Source of the DNA: a virus | Lineage: Duplodnaviria > Caudoviricetes | DNA length: 64,000 nucleotides | Virus record (IMG/VR): IMGVR_UViG_3300002839_000006 | Location: 17,703 to 81,702 of that record | Direction: 5' to 3' (one strand) | In this document: positions 36,457-46,464 of the stretch, in pieces | How positions within the stretch are numbered: the stretch's first letter is position 1 | Layout: every line of letters starts with the position of its first letter | Translations under genes and position numbers: made by a program | The notes under the pieces: generated by a model | Seen by the model: only the letters and a program-made list of their open reading frames with translations | Told to the model about the DNA's origin: nothing | The model's database searches: none

Positions 36457-38445
36457 CTATATCTTTTTAAATTGTTCGATAGTCATTATCTTACACCCTA
36501 CTTCTCTTGCTTTGACAGTCTTGGATGATTTTGAATTGAGATCTAAAACAACTAAATAAGTTGTGTTTTTAGATACACTGCTTACTATTTGACCACCCTG
36601 TGCAGTTATTTCATCCTCTAATTTTTTGTCACGCACTCCGGAAAAGCAGAAACTTAGATTCGCATATTTATTGCCTCTAACAACTTTTTCTGGTGTAGTG
36701 ATATAACTTATAGGGATAGAAGTTTCCATGTGGGAGAACTTATCTAAACCATTGAGATAACATTGCGCTGTGGTGTCTGATACTCCTTTTATTTTTATAA
36801 GATCATAGGAGTTGACTTCACCAAAAACATACTTAGTTTCATCCAATATCAGTTGAGCAGTCTTTTCGCCTATACCACCTTCAAATACATCACATGCATA
36901 CATCAGTCTTGCAAGTGGAACACCTGTTGACTTTAGTTTTTCAAACTGAGAAATAATAGTTTCAGCTGAAGTTTCACCTAACCCTGGGATGATAGAATAT
37001 TGGAGCCTGTCCATATTTAAAATAGAATAAGGAGAAGTATAATCATTATTGAAAAGTGTCTGAATAGTTGGTCTTCCCATTTCTTCTATCTCTAAGGCAG
37101 TGAAGAAGTGTTCTAGTTTTGATACCAGCATCTGTTCGCAATCAGGATTAGAACAAATTAGTTCAACTTTATTTTCATCCCATTGCATTAATTCACCACA
37201 GGAAGGACAATAACCAATAGCTTCGTTAAAGCATATTAAGTTTGGATTAGCTCCTACTACCGCTTCAATTGCGATACAAGTTGATTTATAATGACTTTCA
37301 TATAATTTCTGATCTTTGTATTCTGACTTAATAGGTAATTTGATACCTTCAACTTTTACTATCTTCGGTATTATCTCCCCAGATTTCTTTACTGTGATAT
37401 TTACTCTATCACAAAGACACATATCAAGAAGAAATTTAGCATTATAAAAAGAAGCCTGTTTCACTTCTGTACCATTTATGATGACTGGTTCAAATGTTAC
37501 TACACCCTTCAGTTTACCTTGTTTTGAGATAGTAAAATTATGACCAGTGATGACAGTATTAAACTCTTCTACCCACTTGTCAAGTTTCAATGCTCTTGCA
37601 TATGCAGGGTTACCATTCAGTTCCCTACCGAGTTTGTTCCTTAAAGTGAATCTGTCAATATCAATAACAAGACCATCAATAGGATAAACCTTGTTATTTT
37701 CTTCATAAAATGCATCAAGAAATTCTTCTGTGAGATCTCCAAGTTCAATTACTGAATATTCAACGTTTGAACCGTATTCATCTTCTAAAACATTAAGTTG
37801 GTTGTGTTTATTACCAAATTCTTCAATACCGTCAAATATACTGTATCTTACAAAATCAATGTAGGAGAGTTCTCCAGTGGCATCATCCATATTTAGAAGA
37901 CCTGACACTGTAGCATTGTTTAACTTGTAAACAGTTCCCCTTGGTGAAATCTTACCTTTGAAATGTTTATCCCAATTTTTTCTACTAATGATTGCTTCAC
38001 CTACAGTGACTTCGTCAGAAACAGGTTTCATCTCAATAAGATTGAAATGTTTATCACAATCTTGGCCATATTCACCATCACCTCTTGTAGAGTAGGACTG
38101 GTTTCTACAATCGTTGAGAATAGAGATACCATTGTATTTAGGAGTGATGACAATCAATTCATCATCTTTGCAGCCAAGTGAGGATAACCAGTCTTTGATC
38201 TCTTGAACAGATTTACACTTGTTCATTGACATCATAGGGATAGCCAATTTACGCATCCTTGGGTTAGACTTAACTGTTTCGATGATACCCTTTTTGAATA
38301 TAGGGTTGGTTGGATCAATCTCTTTTAGTTTGTCCAGTAGGAGATCATATTCTTGATCTGTGACTTGTTGGTTACCTGCTCGGTATTCTTCATTTAGGTA
38401 AGTGATCTCACCTACTAGTTCCGAAATTTGATTTGTGTCTTTCAT
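36457..38445 (-). CDS. ligA: NAD-dependent DNA ligase
   Basis: Y..G...V.D.EYD, PM.SM.K, K-Y-N-G adenylation motif, STRGDG..G.D, IDGLVI, V.KSGEIIPKI, Zn finger CPSCG...C...C, C-terminal BRCT (FCFSG, VSK.T.YLV). Confidence 0.93.
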   Translation of the reverse strand: MKDTNQISELVGEITYLNEEYRAGNQQVTDQEYDLLLDKLKEIDPTNPIFKKGIIETVKSNPRMRKLAIPMMSMNKCKSVQEIKDWLSSLGCKDDELIVITPKYNGISILNDCRNQSYSTRGDGEYGQDCDKHFNLIEMKPVSDEVTVGEAIISRKNWDKHFKGKISPRGTVYKLNNATVSGLLNMDDATGELSYIDFVRYSIFDGIEEFGNKHNQLNVLEDEYGSNVEYSVIELGDLTEEFLDAFYEENNKVYPIDGLVIDIDRFTLRNKLGRELNGNPAYARALKLDKWVEEFNTVITGHNFTISKQGKLKGVVTFEPVIINGTEVKQASFYNAKFLLDMCLCDRVNITVKKSGEIIPKIVKVEGIKLPIKSEYKDQKLYESHYKSTCIAIEAVVGANPNLICFNEAIGYCPSCGELMQWDENKVELICSNPDCEQMLVSKLEHFFTALEIEEMGRPTIQTLFNNDYTSPYSILNMDRLQYSIIPGLGETSAETIISQFEKLKSTGVPLARLMYACDVFEGGIGEKTAQLILDETKYVFGEVNSYDLIKIKGVSDTTAQCYLNGLDKFSHMETSIPISYITTPEKVVRGNKYANLSFCFSGVRDKKLEDEITAQGGQIVSSVSKNTTYLVVLDLNSKSSKTVKAREVGCKIMTIEQFKKI

Positions 38446-38448
38446 TTG

Positions 38449-38760
38449 TTATTTCTTTTTATTTATTCCCAAAGTATTGTTATCAAGATCATAACCGAAC
38501 TTTTTAGCTTCATCTTTTAATGGACTATAGTGATGATGATTATCACATTCTTTCCATAGTTTTTCAATTCTTTCAAAAATAACTTCTTTTGGTTCATCAA
38601 TTAATTCAATAGTAACTTTGAATTTTCTAACTGAAACGTCACCATTAAAACAAGATGCATTTTCTTTTTTAAATTGATTTAGATAATAAGATGAACCAAG
38701 TAGGTTTTGAAATGTTTCAAATTCTAACTTTGTTTTAATTTCTTTTTGTTTAGTTTTCAT
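38449..38760 (-). CDS. Hypothetical protein
   Basis: Likely start MKTKQK at 38760. Confidence 0.55.
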   Translation of the reverse strand: MKTKQKEIKTKLEFETFQNLLGSSYYLNQFKKENASCFNGDVSVRKFKVTIELIDEPKEVIFERIEKLWKECDNHHHYSPLKDEAKKFGYDLDNNTLGINKKK

Positions 38761-38971
38761 CTTCCAACTCTCCGTAAATTTTATCTTCTTCAATTTGAAT
38801 GTAGTGAGCAACTGCTTCTCTACTTGAATGTAAAGAGCCATCAATAATTCCAAAAATAAACTGTCTTACACTTCCGGCAGTGATCTTTGGTTTAATGTCT
38901 GAACTTGTTTCTTTAAGGTATGCCTTGATACCTTTAAGTTCTTCCTCTGTTAAGCTGAATGAGATTTTCAT
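38750..38971 (-). CDS. Hypothetical protein
   Basis: Likely start MKISFS at 38971 (ATGA overlap). Confidence 0.5.
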   Translation of the reverse strand: MKISFSLTEEELKGIKAYLKETSSDIKPKITAGSVRQFIFGIIDGSLHSSREAVAHYIQIEEDKIYGELEDEN

Positions 38972-39111
38972 TTGTTGTTTCCTTTCATTATGTTTTCGTT
39001 CTTGTTCCAAAAGTGTAGAGTGACATCGATAAACATCAGTACTGCTACAAATAATAAGACAGCAACTATATCTGTATTGTTGTCTGCCCAAGTGAATAGG
39101 TTGTGTATCAT
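38968..39111 (-). CDS. Small membrane protein (47 aa, absent from the ORF track)
   Basis: Manual translation MIHNLFTWADNNTDIVAVLLFVAVLMFIDVTLHFWNKNENIMKGNNK*. Confidence 0.5.
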   Translation of the reverse strand: MIHNLFTWADNNTDIVAVLLFVAVLMFIDVTLHFWNKNENIMKGNNK

Positions 39112-39117
39112 GATTGA

Positions 39118-39408
39118 TTAAAGATTAAAAGTTTCAACAAGTAAATCTTCAAAGTTTGAATCAGTAGGGATATCATTAATAAGTTCAGGATAAAATTCAT
39201 TAAAATAATTCCAAAAAGTATCAACCCCCCACTCGCCTTCCCCTTCACATCCGTCACAGTCAACATTCATTGTTTTATTGGTGCTTCTTAGTGCATATCT
39301 TACAATTCTCTTGATAGGGAATTTCTTTTCAATATCTGAATTCAAATAGACGATTTCATTATTATCTAGGATATTCCCTGCTTTGTCCTTTAATGTTATT
39401 GTTGCCAT
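39118..39408 (-). CDS. Hypothetical protein
   Basis: 96 aa; first gene after the box at 39446. Confidence 0.6.
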   Translation of the reverse strand: MATITLKDKAGNILDNNEIVYLNSDIEKKFPIKRIVRYALRSTNKTMNVDCDGCEGEGEWGVDTFWNYFNEFYPELINDIPTDSNFEDLLVETFNL

Positions 39409-39496
39409 GATGTTTAATTTTAAATTGTTTGAATTAATTATGCCATAAAATTAATATAAATATCGTTAGTTCTTATATCTTAATTAAAAATAAACT

Positions 39497-39519
39497 TAAT
39501 TTATAAACATTATAAATAA
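39497..39519. promoter_or_regulatory. 23-bp palindromic site, 51 bp from TAAAATT box at 39446
   Basis: TAATTTATAA-ACA-TTATAAATAA (9/10 symmetric). Confidence 0.7.
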
Positions 39520-39546
39520 TACTGATTGATTATTAAGTAGTTAACT

Positions 39547-39569
39547 TTATTTAAAAGAGTTATAAATAA
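39547..39569. promoter_or_regulatory. Second tandem 23-bp palindromic site, 50 bp from the first
   Basis: TTATTTAAAA-GAG-TTATAAATAA. Confidence 0.6.
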
Positions 39570-39572
39570 AAT

Positions 39573-39604
39573 AAAAGCCTATAATCTGGGAGAAAATAGG
39601 CTTT
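39573..39604 (-). terminator. Probable terminator
   Basis: AAAGCCTAT...ATAGGCTTT hairpin followed on the minus strand by TATTTTATTT. Confidence 0.55.
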
Positions 39605-39626
39605 AAAAAGTAACTAATAGACTATG

Positions 39627-40085
39627 TTAGAAGTTCTGCATCATCTTATAGGAAGCAACTTTGTGGTACATTTTGGCATTGCATTTCTCAAACTTGACTT
39701 TGTTGATCTTAGCAAATGCTCCACGCACCTCATCTCTGGTATATGATTTATCAAAATAGAGACGATTATTGTTCTCCAGACAAGTAACAACCCAGTCACC
39801 ATCTGCAGGGATACATTTGGGCAGAAGAACTTGAACACAATCACAATGCTTACACTCGGTAACCTGATCCCTCTTATCAGCTGCAGATTCTGTAGTTACA
39901 TATAACCTGCTGTGATCATATTCTGTTCGCCAACAGTTCTTAAGAATAAGTTGAGATATAGCATTAGAAATAGGTAGTAAATCATCTGCTGTGGCATTGA
40001 ATTCCTTTCTTATCTCTCTGAAAGTGACTCTACCTTTACCAATGATGAATTCTTCAATTTTCATTTCAAACATTTTGTAATCCAT
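39627..40085 (-). CDS. Hypothetical protein (N-terminal wHTH-like)
   Basis: 152-aa ORF. Confidence 0.55.
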   Translation of the reverse strand: MDYKMFEMKIEEFIIGKGRVTFREIRKEFNATADDLLPISNAISQLILKNCWRTEYDHSRLYVTTESAADKRDQVTECKHCDCVQVLLPKCIPADGDWVVTCLENNNRLYFDKSYTRDEVRGAFAKINKVKFEKCNAKMYHKVASYKMMQNF

Positions 40086-40115
40086 AGTGATGACTGTTTT
40101 AAATAGGTGTTAACA

Positions 40116-40149
40116 AAATAAAAGGGAGAGACCACAATGACCTCTCCCC
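40116..40149 (-). terminator. Rho-independent terminator
   Basis: Minus strand GGGGAGAGGTC-ATTGT-GGTCTCTCCC then TTTTATTTT. Confidence 0.8.
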
Positions 40150-40158
40150 GATTATAAA

Positions 40159-41148
40159 TTACTTCAATAATAATAATTGATTGAAAACTCTCTGTGCTGC
40201 TATGGATTCATCACCACCTAAGTTGATGCCAGCCATCTTCCTGTCTTCTGACTTGTAAGTCTTAACATTCTGGAAGTAGGAAGTAACACCATTATAAAGG
40301 TGTAGTGCTGAACCACGATGCAGATCTTGACCAGGAGCAGTCTCTATTGCCCTGAAAACGTCATCTAAGGTATTTCTCTTACGTGTTGAGATGCCATCAA
40401 CAGTATTCATCATCTCTATTTCTTCTGCCGTTAGAAACGTGTTATGGATTATATTCTTGGCTACTGTTTCATTCAGTTGAAACTTGACAAGATGATTGAG
40501 GATCTCTTCAAACTCAGCATTATATTTGTAGGAGAGATCAAGTAACTTAGCACCTTCTTTAAGCCTGTCCGACATATTAGCTGTGTGCTTCAGATTGATT
40601 CTGTTGGTGGCACCTTTAAAAGAGGCATTGAGTGTATTGTTACAGACAACTCTTACATCGGTGAAATATAAGGAAAGAGCACCACCTGCATGTGAGTTGG
40701 TGAATACTAAGAACTTCTCAATGATGTCATCTGAACCATTTATTCTCATATAACCTGGAAGTTTAGCAGTAACGAAAGTAGTCTCGCCTTTGCCAAGTGC
40801 TCCAGCAGTTTCATATATGATGTCTGACTTGGCATTCACCAGTGAGTCCATATATTTGAATGCCTCTATGTTCTGCATCACAGTGTATTTGGATTGTGCT
40901 ACTGAATAAAGGATGTCATGATTGTCGGTTCTAATTAAAGAGAAAGAAGAAGTAGGGATGAACTCATCATTGATATTGACAAAGTTTGGTATTTTCTCAA
41001 CCTGATAATCGAGGTGAGCTATTTTAAGAACTTCATCTGAGTTCTTTGCTGTTTCAACTACTTGACCTAAATTGTGCCAAGCCTTTTGTTTGAGGAGATA
41101 CAATGATGCTTCTCCTGTTTTTGAATCGATTGCTAAATTGTGTGCCAT
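40159..41148 (-). CDS. DUF932-family phage/plasmid protein (TIGR03299-like)
   Basis: MAHN...AWH.LG.V, Y.V.QN..AF, YETAG.L..G...F..AKLP, NSH.G, VRVVC.NTL, HT motifs. Confidence 0.88.
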   Translation of the reverse strand: MAHNLAIDSKTGEASLYLLKQKAWHNLGQVVETAKNSDEVLKIAHLDYQVEKIPNFVNINDEFIPTSSFSLIRTDNHDILYSVAQSKYTVMQNIEAFKYMDSLVNAKSDIIYETAGALGKGETTFVTAKLPGYMRINGSDDIIEKFLVFTNSHAGGALSLYFTDVRVVCNNTLNASFKGATNRINLKHTANMSDRLKEGAKLLDLSYKYNAEFEEILNHLVKFQLNETVAKNIIHNTFLTAEEIEMMNTVDGISTRKRNTLDDVFRAIETAPGQDLHRGSALHLYNGVTSYFQNVKTYKSEDRKMAGINLGGDESIAAQRVFNQLLLLK

Positions 41149-41172
41149 GATTACGAAATATTAAGTGAATGA

Positions 41173-41418
41173 TTAATTAGTTTCTGATAAAATAACAATT
41201 TCCAAGTCTTCATTAAAGAAATATTCATCACGACAATCAAAATCATTGTAAGCTACAAGAGGGTGATCATCATCTTTATATTTCTTTTGAACAATATATT
41301 CAATATCATTAAATTCAAATATGTCATTTTTATGTAAATCTTTTATAGTTGCCATAACGAAATTATTAGTATTTGCTTCTTTTTCTGTTTTTACCCTGAT
41401 CTGATTCTGGATCTTCAA
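41173..41418 (-). CDS. Hypothetical protein
   Basis: 81-aa ORF; the true start may be the internal MATIK. Confidence 0.5.
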   Translation of the reverse strand: MKIQNQIRVKTEKEANTNNFVMATIKDLHKNDIFEFNDIEYIVQKKYKDDDHPLVAYNDFDCRDEYFFNEDLEIVILSETN

Positions 41419-41713
41419 TCTCTTCTTTTGTTAATTCTGGAATAGATGTGAATGCATTCCAGAGACGTTTTATGAAGTTGAATATTGCTTTCATGATTAA
41501 TAGTGTAAGAGGTGTTCTAACTGTAAAGCATTTAATGATAATAGGTAAATTCCATATCCTATTGCAAGAACTGCAAGTGCAAGAATTGTTGCTACTGTTT
41601 CAGGATGATTTTGAGTAAAATTTTTCATGATTAATGGTTTTTAATTATGCCATAAAATTAATATAAAAAACATTAGATCTTATATCTTATTTAATTATTT
41701 TTAAGAAAAACCT

Positions 41714-41736
41714 TAATTTATAACGATTATAAATAA
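41714..41736. promoter_or_regulatory. 23-bp palindromic site, 61 bp from TAAAATT box at 41653
   Basis: TAATTTATAA-CGA-TTATAAATAA (9/10 symmetric). Confidence 0.7.
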
Positions 41737-41803
41737 TAATCTAAACAAAGAAAGCATTAATCCGTTAAGAATCAATGCAATAATTAAAGAAATACGAAAT
41801 ATA

Positions 41804-42112
41804 TTAATTTATCTTAATCCAACGAAATCCATTAAAAGTAAATTTGATTGAGACAAGTTCATTGATTTTTGATAGGATAGCTATCTCTCCTGAGTTATCA
41901 AAACCATGAGAGTACCCTCCAAGTGAAGTTAAGATACCAGAAAGGTCTTTACCGGAGACTGTGTTATCATAAATATGGTTGGAATGATTTGCTGGTGAAA
42001 ATGAGTCCAGCAAATATGTGTACCATTCTTCTTCCACATCGTTTCTGACTATTAATATGCTTTTACCAGATATTTCTGAGATATAGGATAATGTATTAGC
42101 ATTTTTAAGCAT
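41804..42112 (-). CDS. Hypothetical protein
   Basis: 102-aa ORF. Confidence 0.5.
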   Translation of the reverse strand: MLKNANTLSYISEISGKSILIVRNDVEEEWYTYLLDSFSPANHSNHIYDNTVSGKDLSGILTSLGGYSHGFDNSGEIAILSKINELVSIKFTFNGFRWIKIN

Positions 42113-42440
42113 GTCTGTTTTGATTAAATTTTTCTTTGATTTCGTTTATCATATCATTACGCTTGGAAGCAACTGCTTCTTTGTCGAATTGTTTAAAGTG
42201 CTTCTTTGCCCTCTTTTTAAGCTCAACTTTCTTATCAGATTCAGATAGGGATTTGAACCTCCCTGCAGACACAGCTATATCTTTAATCTCAATAGGTTCT
42301 AACAAGGTTTCAAGTGTAGAATGGCATAATATACAGTTATCGACTTTGGCTTTAAGAGAGCCATTTATATTAACGTATCTGACATCTGAGATATAAACAG
42401 TGTAGGAGCAGTCTGGATTAGTGCATTTGAATTGAGGCAT
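42105..42440 (-). CDS. Zinc-ribbon protein
   Basis: MP.FKC...C...CILC. Confidence 0.6.
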   Translation of the reverse strand: MPQFKCTNPDCSYTVYISDVRYVNINGSLKAKVDNCILCHSTLETLLEPIEIKDIAVSAGRFKSLSESDKKVELKKRAKKHFKQFDKEAVASKRNDMINEIKEKFNQNRHA

Positions 42441-42442
42441 GG

Positions 42443-42970
42443 TTAGTTCTTAAAGTTTCTGTAACAATAATAGGCTAGTAAACATGAATCCACGAGATTA
42501 TCGTCGTTCTTCTTACATTTAGGTGTTCTTCTAAAATCAAGTGTAGGGAAGAGTCTCTTAGCAGCCATTTCAGACATGAGCTTTGTATCGTTAACCATAG
42601 TAAGTCCAGAACCTGAAGGTTTTTTTTGAACAGGAATACCTTCCCAAAGAAGTTTTTGCCACTTCTTGGGTGCCACACGAGTGAAAGAAATTCTGTTAGC
42701 AACTAAGATAGCGTTCACTATACCAACAACATAGCCAAAATTAAACGTCGACTTCGAACTCGAGCCGAAAACGCTGTGCAGATCTTCGATAACACAGTGA
42801 ATTATTTCATATTCAGACTTTAGTGATTTAATTAGTCCATCCAAAACAAGTTCATCAATTTCATTACCAATCTTAGGTAAGGGGATAAACTCATATGTTT
42901 TAAGAGTATCATCATAAATAGTGATAAAACCCTGTTTCCCGATATCTATGCCCGCATATATTTTATTCAT
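42443..42970 (-). CDS. RuvC-like Holliday junction resolvase
   Basis: AGIDIG, VIEDLH, STFNFG, V.P.KWQK, N..DS.L.A. Confidence 0.85.
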   Translation of the reverse strand: MNKIYAGIDIGKQGFITIYDDTLKTYEFIPLPKIGNEIDELVLDGLIKSLKSEYEIIHCVIEDLHSVFGSSSKSTFNFGYVVGIVNAILVANRISFTRVAPKKWQKLLWEGIPVQKKPSGSGLTMVNDTKLMSEMAAKRLFPTLDFRRTPKCKKNDDNLVDSCLLAYYCYRNFKN

Positions 42971-43304
42971 CTTTCAGTTCTATGTTGTAAATACCTTTAC
43001 TTATTGAATATAGGTTACTATAACCAGGTTTTACATCACAAGTGATCCAAGGATAACGTCTTGGGTAAGGTAGTATGTCACCTTCATGATATGGCAGAGG
43101 TGTTCTGATGACTTCTGTCCAAGGTAGAATAGTAGGTTGAGGGATAATATTTGGTGACCAATTAACTATTGTAGAAGTCTCAAGAGTATATTCTTTCCAC
43201 TTATCATCTGGTAGTAATTGAGTAAGTAGATTGACTAAATCCTCAAGTTTTACATTCTCTGATAGGGTAATGGTTTTCTTTTCTGTATCAAGTTGTAGTT
43301 TCAT
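42963..43304 (-). CDS. Hypothetical protein
   Basis: 113-aa ORF. Confidence 0.55.
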   Translation of the reverse strand: MKLQLDTEKKTITLSENVKLEDLVNLLTQLLPDDKWKEYTLETSTIVNWSPNIIPQPTILPWTEVIRTPLPYHEGDILPYPRRYPWITCDVKPGYSNLYSISKGIYNIELKDE

Positions 43305-43327
43305 GCTATAAAATTAATATTTATTTT

Positions 43328-43681
43328 TTAATTATTAAAAGGTGTTATTGATATGTCAAGGTAGAATAGTTTATCTTCGTGGAAATTCCAATACCCTCCA
43401 CGATTAAGATTTATTACATAAGAGTGCCTGTTTCCTGGTAATATACTATACATATATTGTTCTTTTGTATTACGAACTAATCCTGTAAGATGAAGATCTA
43501 AAGCCTGTATTAATTCAAATTCATCTTTAGGATCATCAACCCATGGGATAGCAATTAAATCAAGGTCTCTATTCATACTACCATGTAGTACTAAATTATA
43601 CCCAAATTCTTTAGCTATTATTTTTATATCTTCAAAAATAAAAGAATAGAAGCTTGGTTTTACATGAATTGGTTTATCCAT
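43328..43681 (-). CDS. Minimal nucleotidyltransferase-like protein
   Basis: GY.L..HGS..RDLDLIA.PW. Confidence 0.65.
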   Translation of the reverse strand: MDKPIHVKPSFYSFIFEDIKIIAKEFGYNLVLHGSMNRDLDLIAIPWVDDPKDEFELIQALDLHLTGLVRNTKEQYMYSILPGNRHSYVINLNRGGYWNFHEDKLFYLDISITPFNN

Positions 43682-45699
43682 TAGTTAATATATTGTATAG
43701 AAGATACTCTGTTCTCTTTGGTGACTTTCAGCACCTGACATCCATATTGGTTATGTGGGACATGAGTAGTAATAAGGACATTCTTCTTTAATTCTAAATA
43801 GGAGTCTGTTAGTAATTTAATTCCAAGTCCATCTGACGAGTTAAAAATTTCGTCCAATGAAAGGAATGATAAGCCACCATATTTATGTGTAGAATTAATA
43901 GCGTGAGAAACACAATCTATCATAGCAGCTTCTAAGCGATCGTGCTCACCTCCAGAGAATGTACCAATACTATGCGCTTCGCCATCCCTTATAACTGTAG
44001 CAGTAATCTTATCTGAAAGAGTACCGTCACTTTTAATTTTATATCCCGACAGTTCTACTCTCAAATCCGAGTGTATATCGAATAGGAACTTGTTGGCATA
44101 ACCTTCGAGGATTTTGAGTGTCTTAGCACTGAGGAACTGGATAAACTCTTTAAAGGTAAAGCTCCACTTCTTAATCTCAAATATTTCATCATTGATAATA
44201 GAAGACTCTGTTTCAATTTGCTTGATTTTATTGTTACACGAAATTATATTCTCTTTGATAGAAGCAATTCGTGCTTTGTTATCAAACTTATCAACAGTTA
44301 CAGTTACTTTAGAAAGTTCAAGTTCTTCGATCTTAGCTTTGCAGTCTTTAATATAAGACTTGGTAGTCTCATTCTTATCTTTACATAGTTGTATGTTATT
44401 CTCCAGTGACCCTTTTTCTCTTTCCAGATTAATAATAGAATTTTGGATGTTTCTCTTCTGAGTTCTCAATTCATTCTCTTCAGTTTCTATAACCACCCTG
44501 TCCCTACGTAAATTCCTTAGTGTAGGATCAAAAGCTTCAATAGTTACCTTAACTTCAGCCAATGACTTATTAAGTTCCTCTAAGATAGCCGAAGTCTGTT
44601 TATGAGCTACTTTCTCCTCTTCAATATCAATGTCTTCTTTACCTACAATAAACTGGTGTTGACACTTAGGACATGTAACTGATCCTCTGATGTTGAGATC
44701 AATCTCGGTAAGTATCTGGGAGACTTCTGAATAGTCCTTAGATAAGGTTGATTTCTTTAGTTCATACTTCTCCTTCTCTTCCTTAGTTTGGACAACCTTA
44801 TCATCAACCGCTTTAAACCTTGTTTCGAAGTCAGTGGTATCCTTGTTTAGCTTCTGGATTTCCAGGTTGGCTTTCTGTAGGGATGATAATTGATCGAGTA
44901 ACTTGTCTTCGTAAGTAGTGATGAGAGTAATATTGTCTAATACTTTCTTATCAAAATTACCGATTTTTTCACCTTCATCAATTATTAAATAGTCAATTCT
45001 TCTAATTTCATTCTCAACTAATTCTTTCTTATCAGTGGTAAGTTCAATATTGAGATTTTCTTCATGGACTTTAATCATACCAAATATCTCATTCTTCTCA
45101 TCGTTCTTTTTTAGTAACACTTTCTCTTTCTCTTCAGTCTCTTTGATGATGTCTTTATCAATACCATCTATAATAGAAGAGTTGGAAAAGCGACCTATTA
45201 GCTGGACAAGTTGAGTATTAGAAGCATCAAAGAATGATTTATACTTGAACTTAGAAAGTATGAAGAAGTTTTGTAAGTCCTCTGCAGAAATACCTATCCA
45301 ATCTATGATACTTTTATCGATTTCTCTTACCATATTATCCTCAAAAGCATATTTGATTATGCCATTAATAGATAGTTGAGATTGACCACCATTCTTGACA
45401 GAAATGATTCTCTCAATAAGCATGGTTTCTTTACGTATAGGACAGTGAATAGTAAGAGAAACATTTGATTGAGTCTCTCCCCACATGACAAGTTCTTTAT
45501 CATTAGCTTTCTTGGAAGTGGTATGTAAGAGGCACATCTCAATGACTGACACCATTACGGACTTCCCGCTCCCGTTGGATTCCTGCCCGGTATCACTCTT
45601 ATTCTCACCAAGTATAAGCACAGGCTCTCCGCTTAGGAAAGTGTATTCAAGTTCTTGAAAGGACTGGAAGTTTTTGGCTGTTATCGAAATTAATTCCAT
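43681..45699 (-). CDS. SbcC/Rad50/gp46-like SMC ATPase
   Basis: Walker A G.N...ESNGSGKS, coiled coil with CPKC zinc hook, signature FSGGE, Walker B LSLDE. Confidence 0.92.
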   Translation of the reverse strand: MELISITAKNFQSFQELEYTFLSGEPVLILGENKSDTGQESNGSGKSVMVSVIEMCLLHTTSKKANDKELVMWGETQSNVSLTIHCPIRKETMLIERIISVKNGGQSQLSINGIIKYAFEDNMVREIDKSIIDWIGISAEDLQNFFILSKFKYKSFFDASNTQLVQLIGRFSNSSIIDGIDKDIIKETEEKEKVLLKKNDEKNEIFGMIKVHEENLNIELTTDKKELVENEIRRIDYLIIDEGEKIGNFDKKVLDNITLITTYEDKLLDQLSSLQKANLEIQKLNKDTTDFETRFKAVDDKVVQTKEEKEKYELKKSTLSKDYSEVSQILTEIDLNIRGSVTCPKCQHQFIVGKEDIDIEEEKVAHKQTSAILEELNKSLAEVKVTIEAFDPTLRNLRRDRVVIETEENELRTQKRNIQNSIINLEREKGSLENNIQLCKDKNETTKSYIKDCKAKIEELELSKVTVTVDKFDNKARIASIKENIISCNNKIKQIETESSIINDEIFEIKKWSFTFKEFIQFLSAKTLKILEGYANKFLFDIHSDLRVELSGYKIKSDGTLSDKITATVIRDGEAHSIGTFSGGEHDRLEAAMIDCVSHAINSTHKYGGLSFLSLDEIFNSSDGLGIKLLTDSYLELKKNVLITTHVPHNQYGCQVLKVTKENRVSSIQYIN

Positions 45700-46464
45700 T
45701 TATATTTGATTTAAAGGATTATTAGGCGATTTGCATCTAGGACCATGATATCTTATCATATTACTAGCGTTTTTGCTTTCAAGCCCACAGTATTCACAAG
45801 TTATAACTTTTCTTCTGGTCCAAGCCTCTTTATAGCGCTGACACGCTTCGGGGCTCTTCTTTGTCCCTTTGAGAGGGTTACCAAATTCTTCAAATCTTTT
45901 TCTTTTAGATTCTTTAATCTGATCCATTTTTTCTTTTGAATGCGTTTTGCCAAAGAAAGGATTATTTTCGCCAGCAAATCTTCCCGTCATGGCATTATGT
46001 TGTTTCAACTTTGACTCTTCTGATCTGGTTGTTCCAAAGAGTGGGTTGTCTTTACCTAGTTTATGAACACCATACATGGGATTTAATTCTCCAGTTCTTC
46101 CAAACATTGGATTATTTTCCCCTGAAATATCTGGACGGTTCAATTTCATCTTTTCTTTAGAATCTTCTCTATGTTTATACCCAACTTTCTGTCCAGTGCC
46201 TTTGATATGGACATTATAACCCACTAAAGGATTAGTGCAATCTAATTCAACTTGCCAAAATTTTTCTTTACTCGATAAATCTTCATAATTGCAATATTCT
46301 AATACAATGCGGACAAAATTTTCTTTCCCTAGATCTTTAATTGCTTTTTTAAATTTAGCTCCACCGCCTAAGTATTTATCGTTTAGATTATTGGTAGAAT
46401 GATGACCAACGTATATCAACCCATTTATTAAACAAGTTACTTTATAAATAAAATGATATTTCAT
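45700..46464 (-). CDS. Free-standing GIY-YIG homing endonuclease with NUMOD3 repeats
   Basis: FIYKVT..ING.IYVG.H...YLG.G; repeated GENNP(M/F)FG..(H/R)S.E.K; C-terminal C..C...H..C. Confidence 0.88.
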   Translation of the reverse strand: MKYHFIYKVTCLINGLIYVGHHSTNNLNDKYLGGGAKFKKAIKDLGKENFVRIVLEYCNYEDLSSKEKFWQVELDCTNPLVGYNVHIKGTGQKVGYKHREDSKEKMKLNRPDISGENNPMFGRTGELNPMYGVHKLGKDNPLFGTTRSEESKLKQHNAMTGRFAGENNPFFGKTHSKEKMDQIKESKRKRFEEFGNPLKGTKKSPEACQRYKEAWTRRKVITCEYCGLESKNASNMIRYHGPRCKSPNNPLNQI

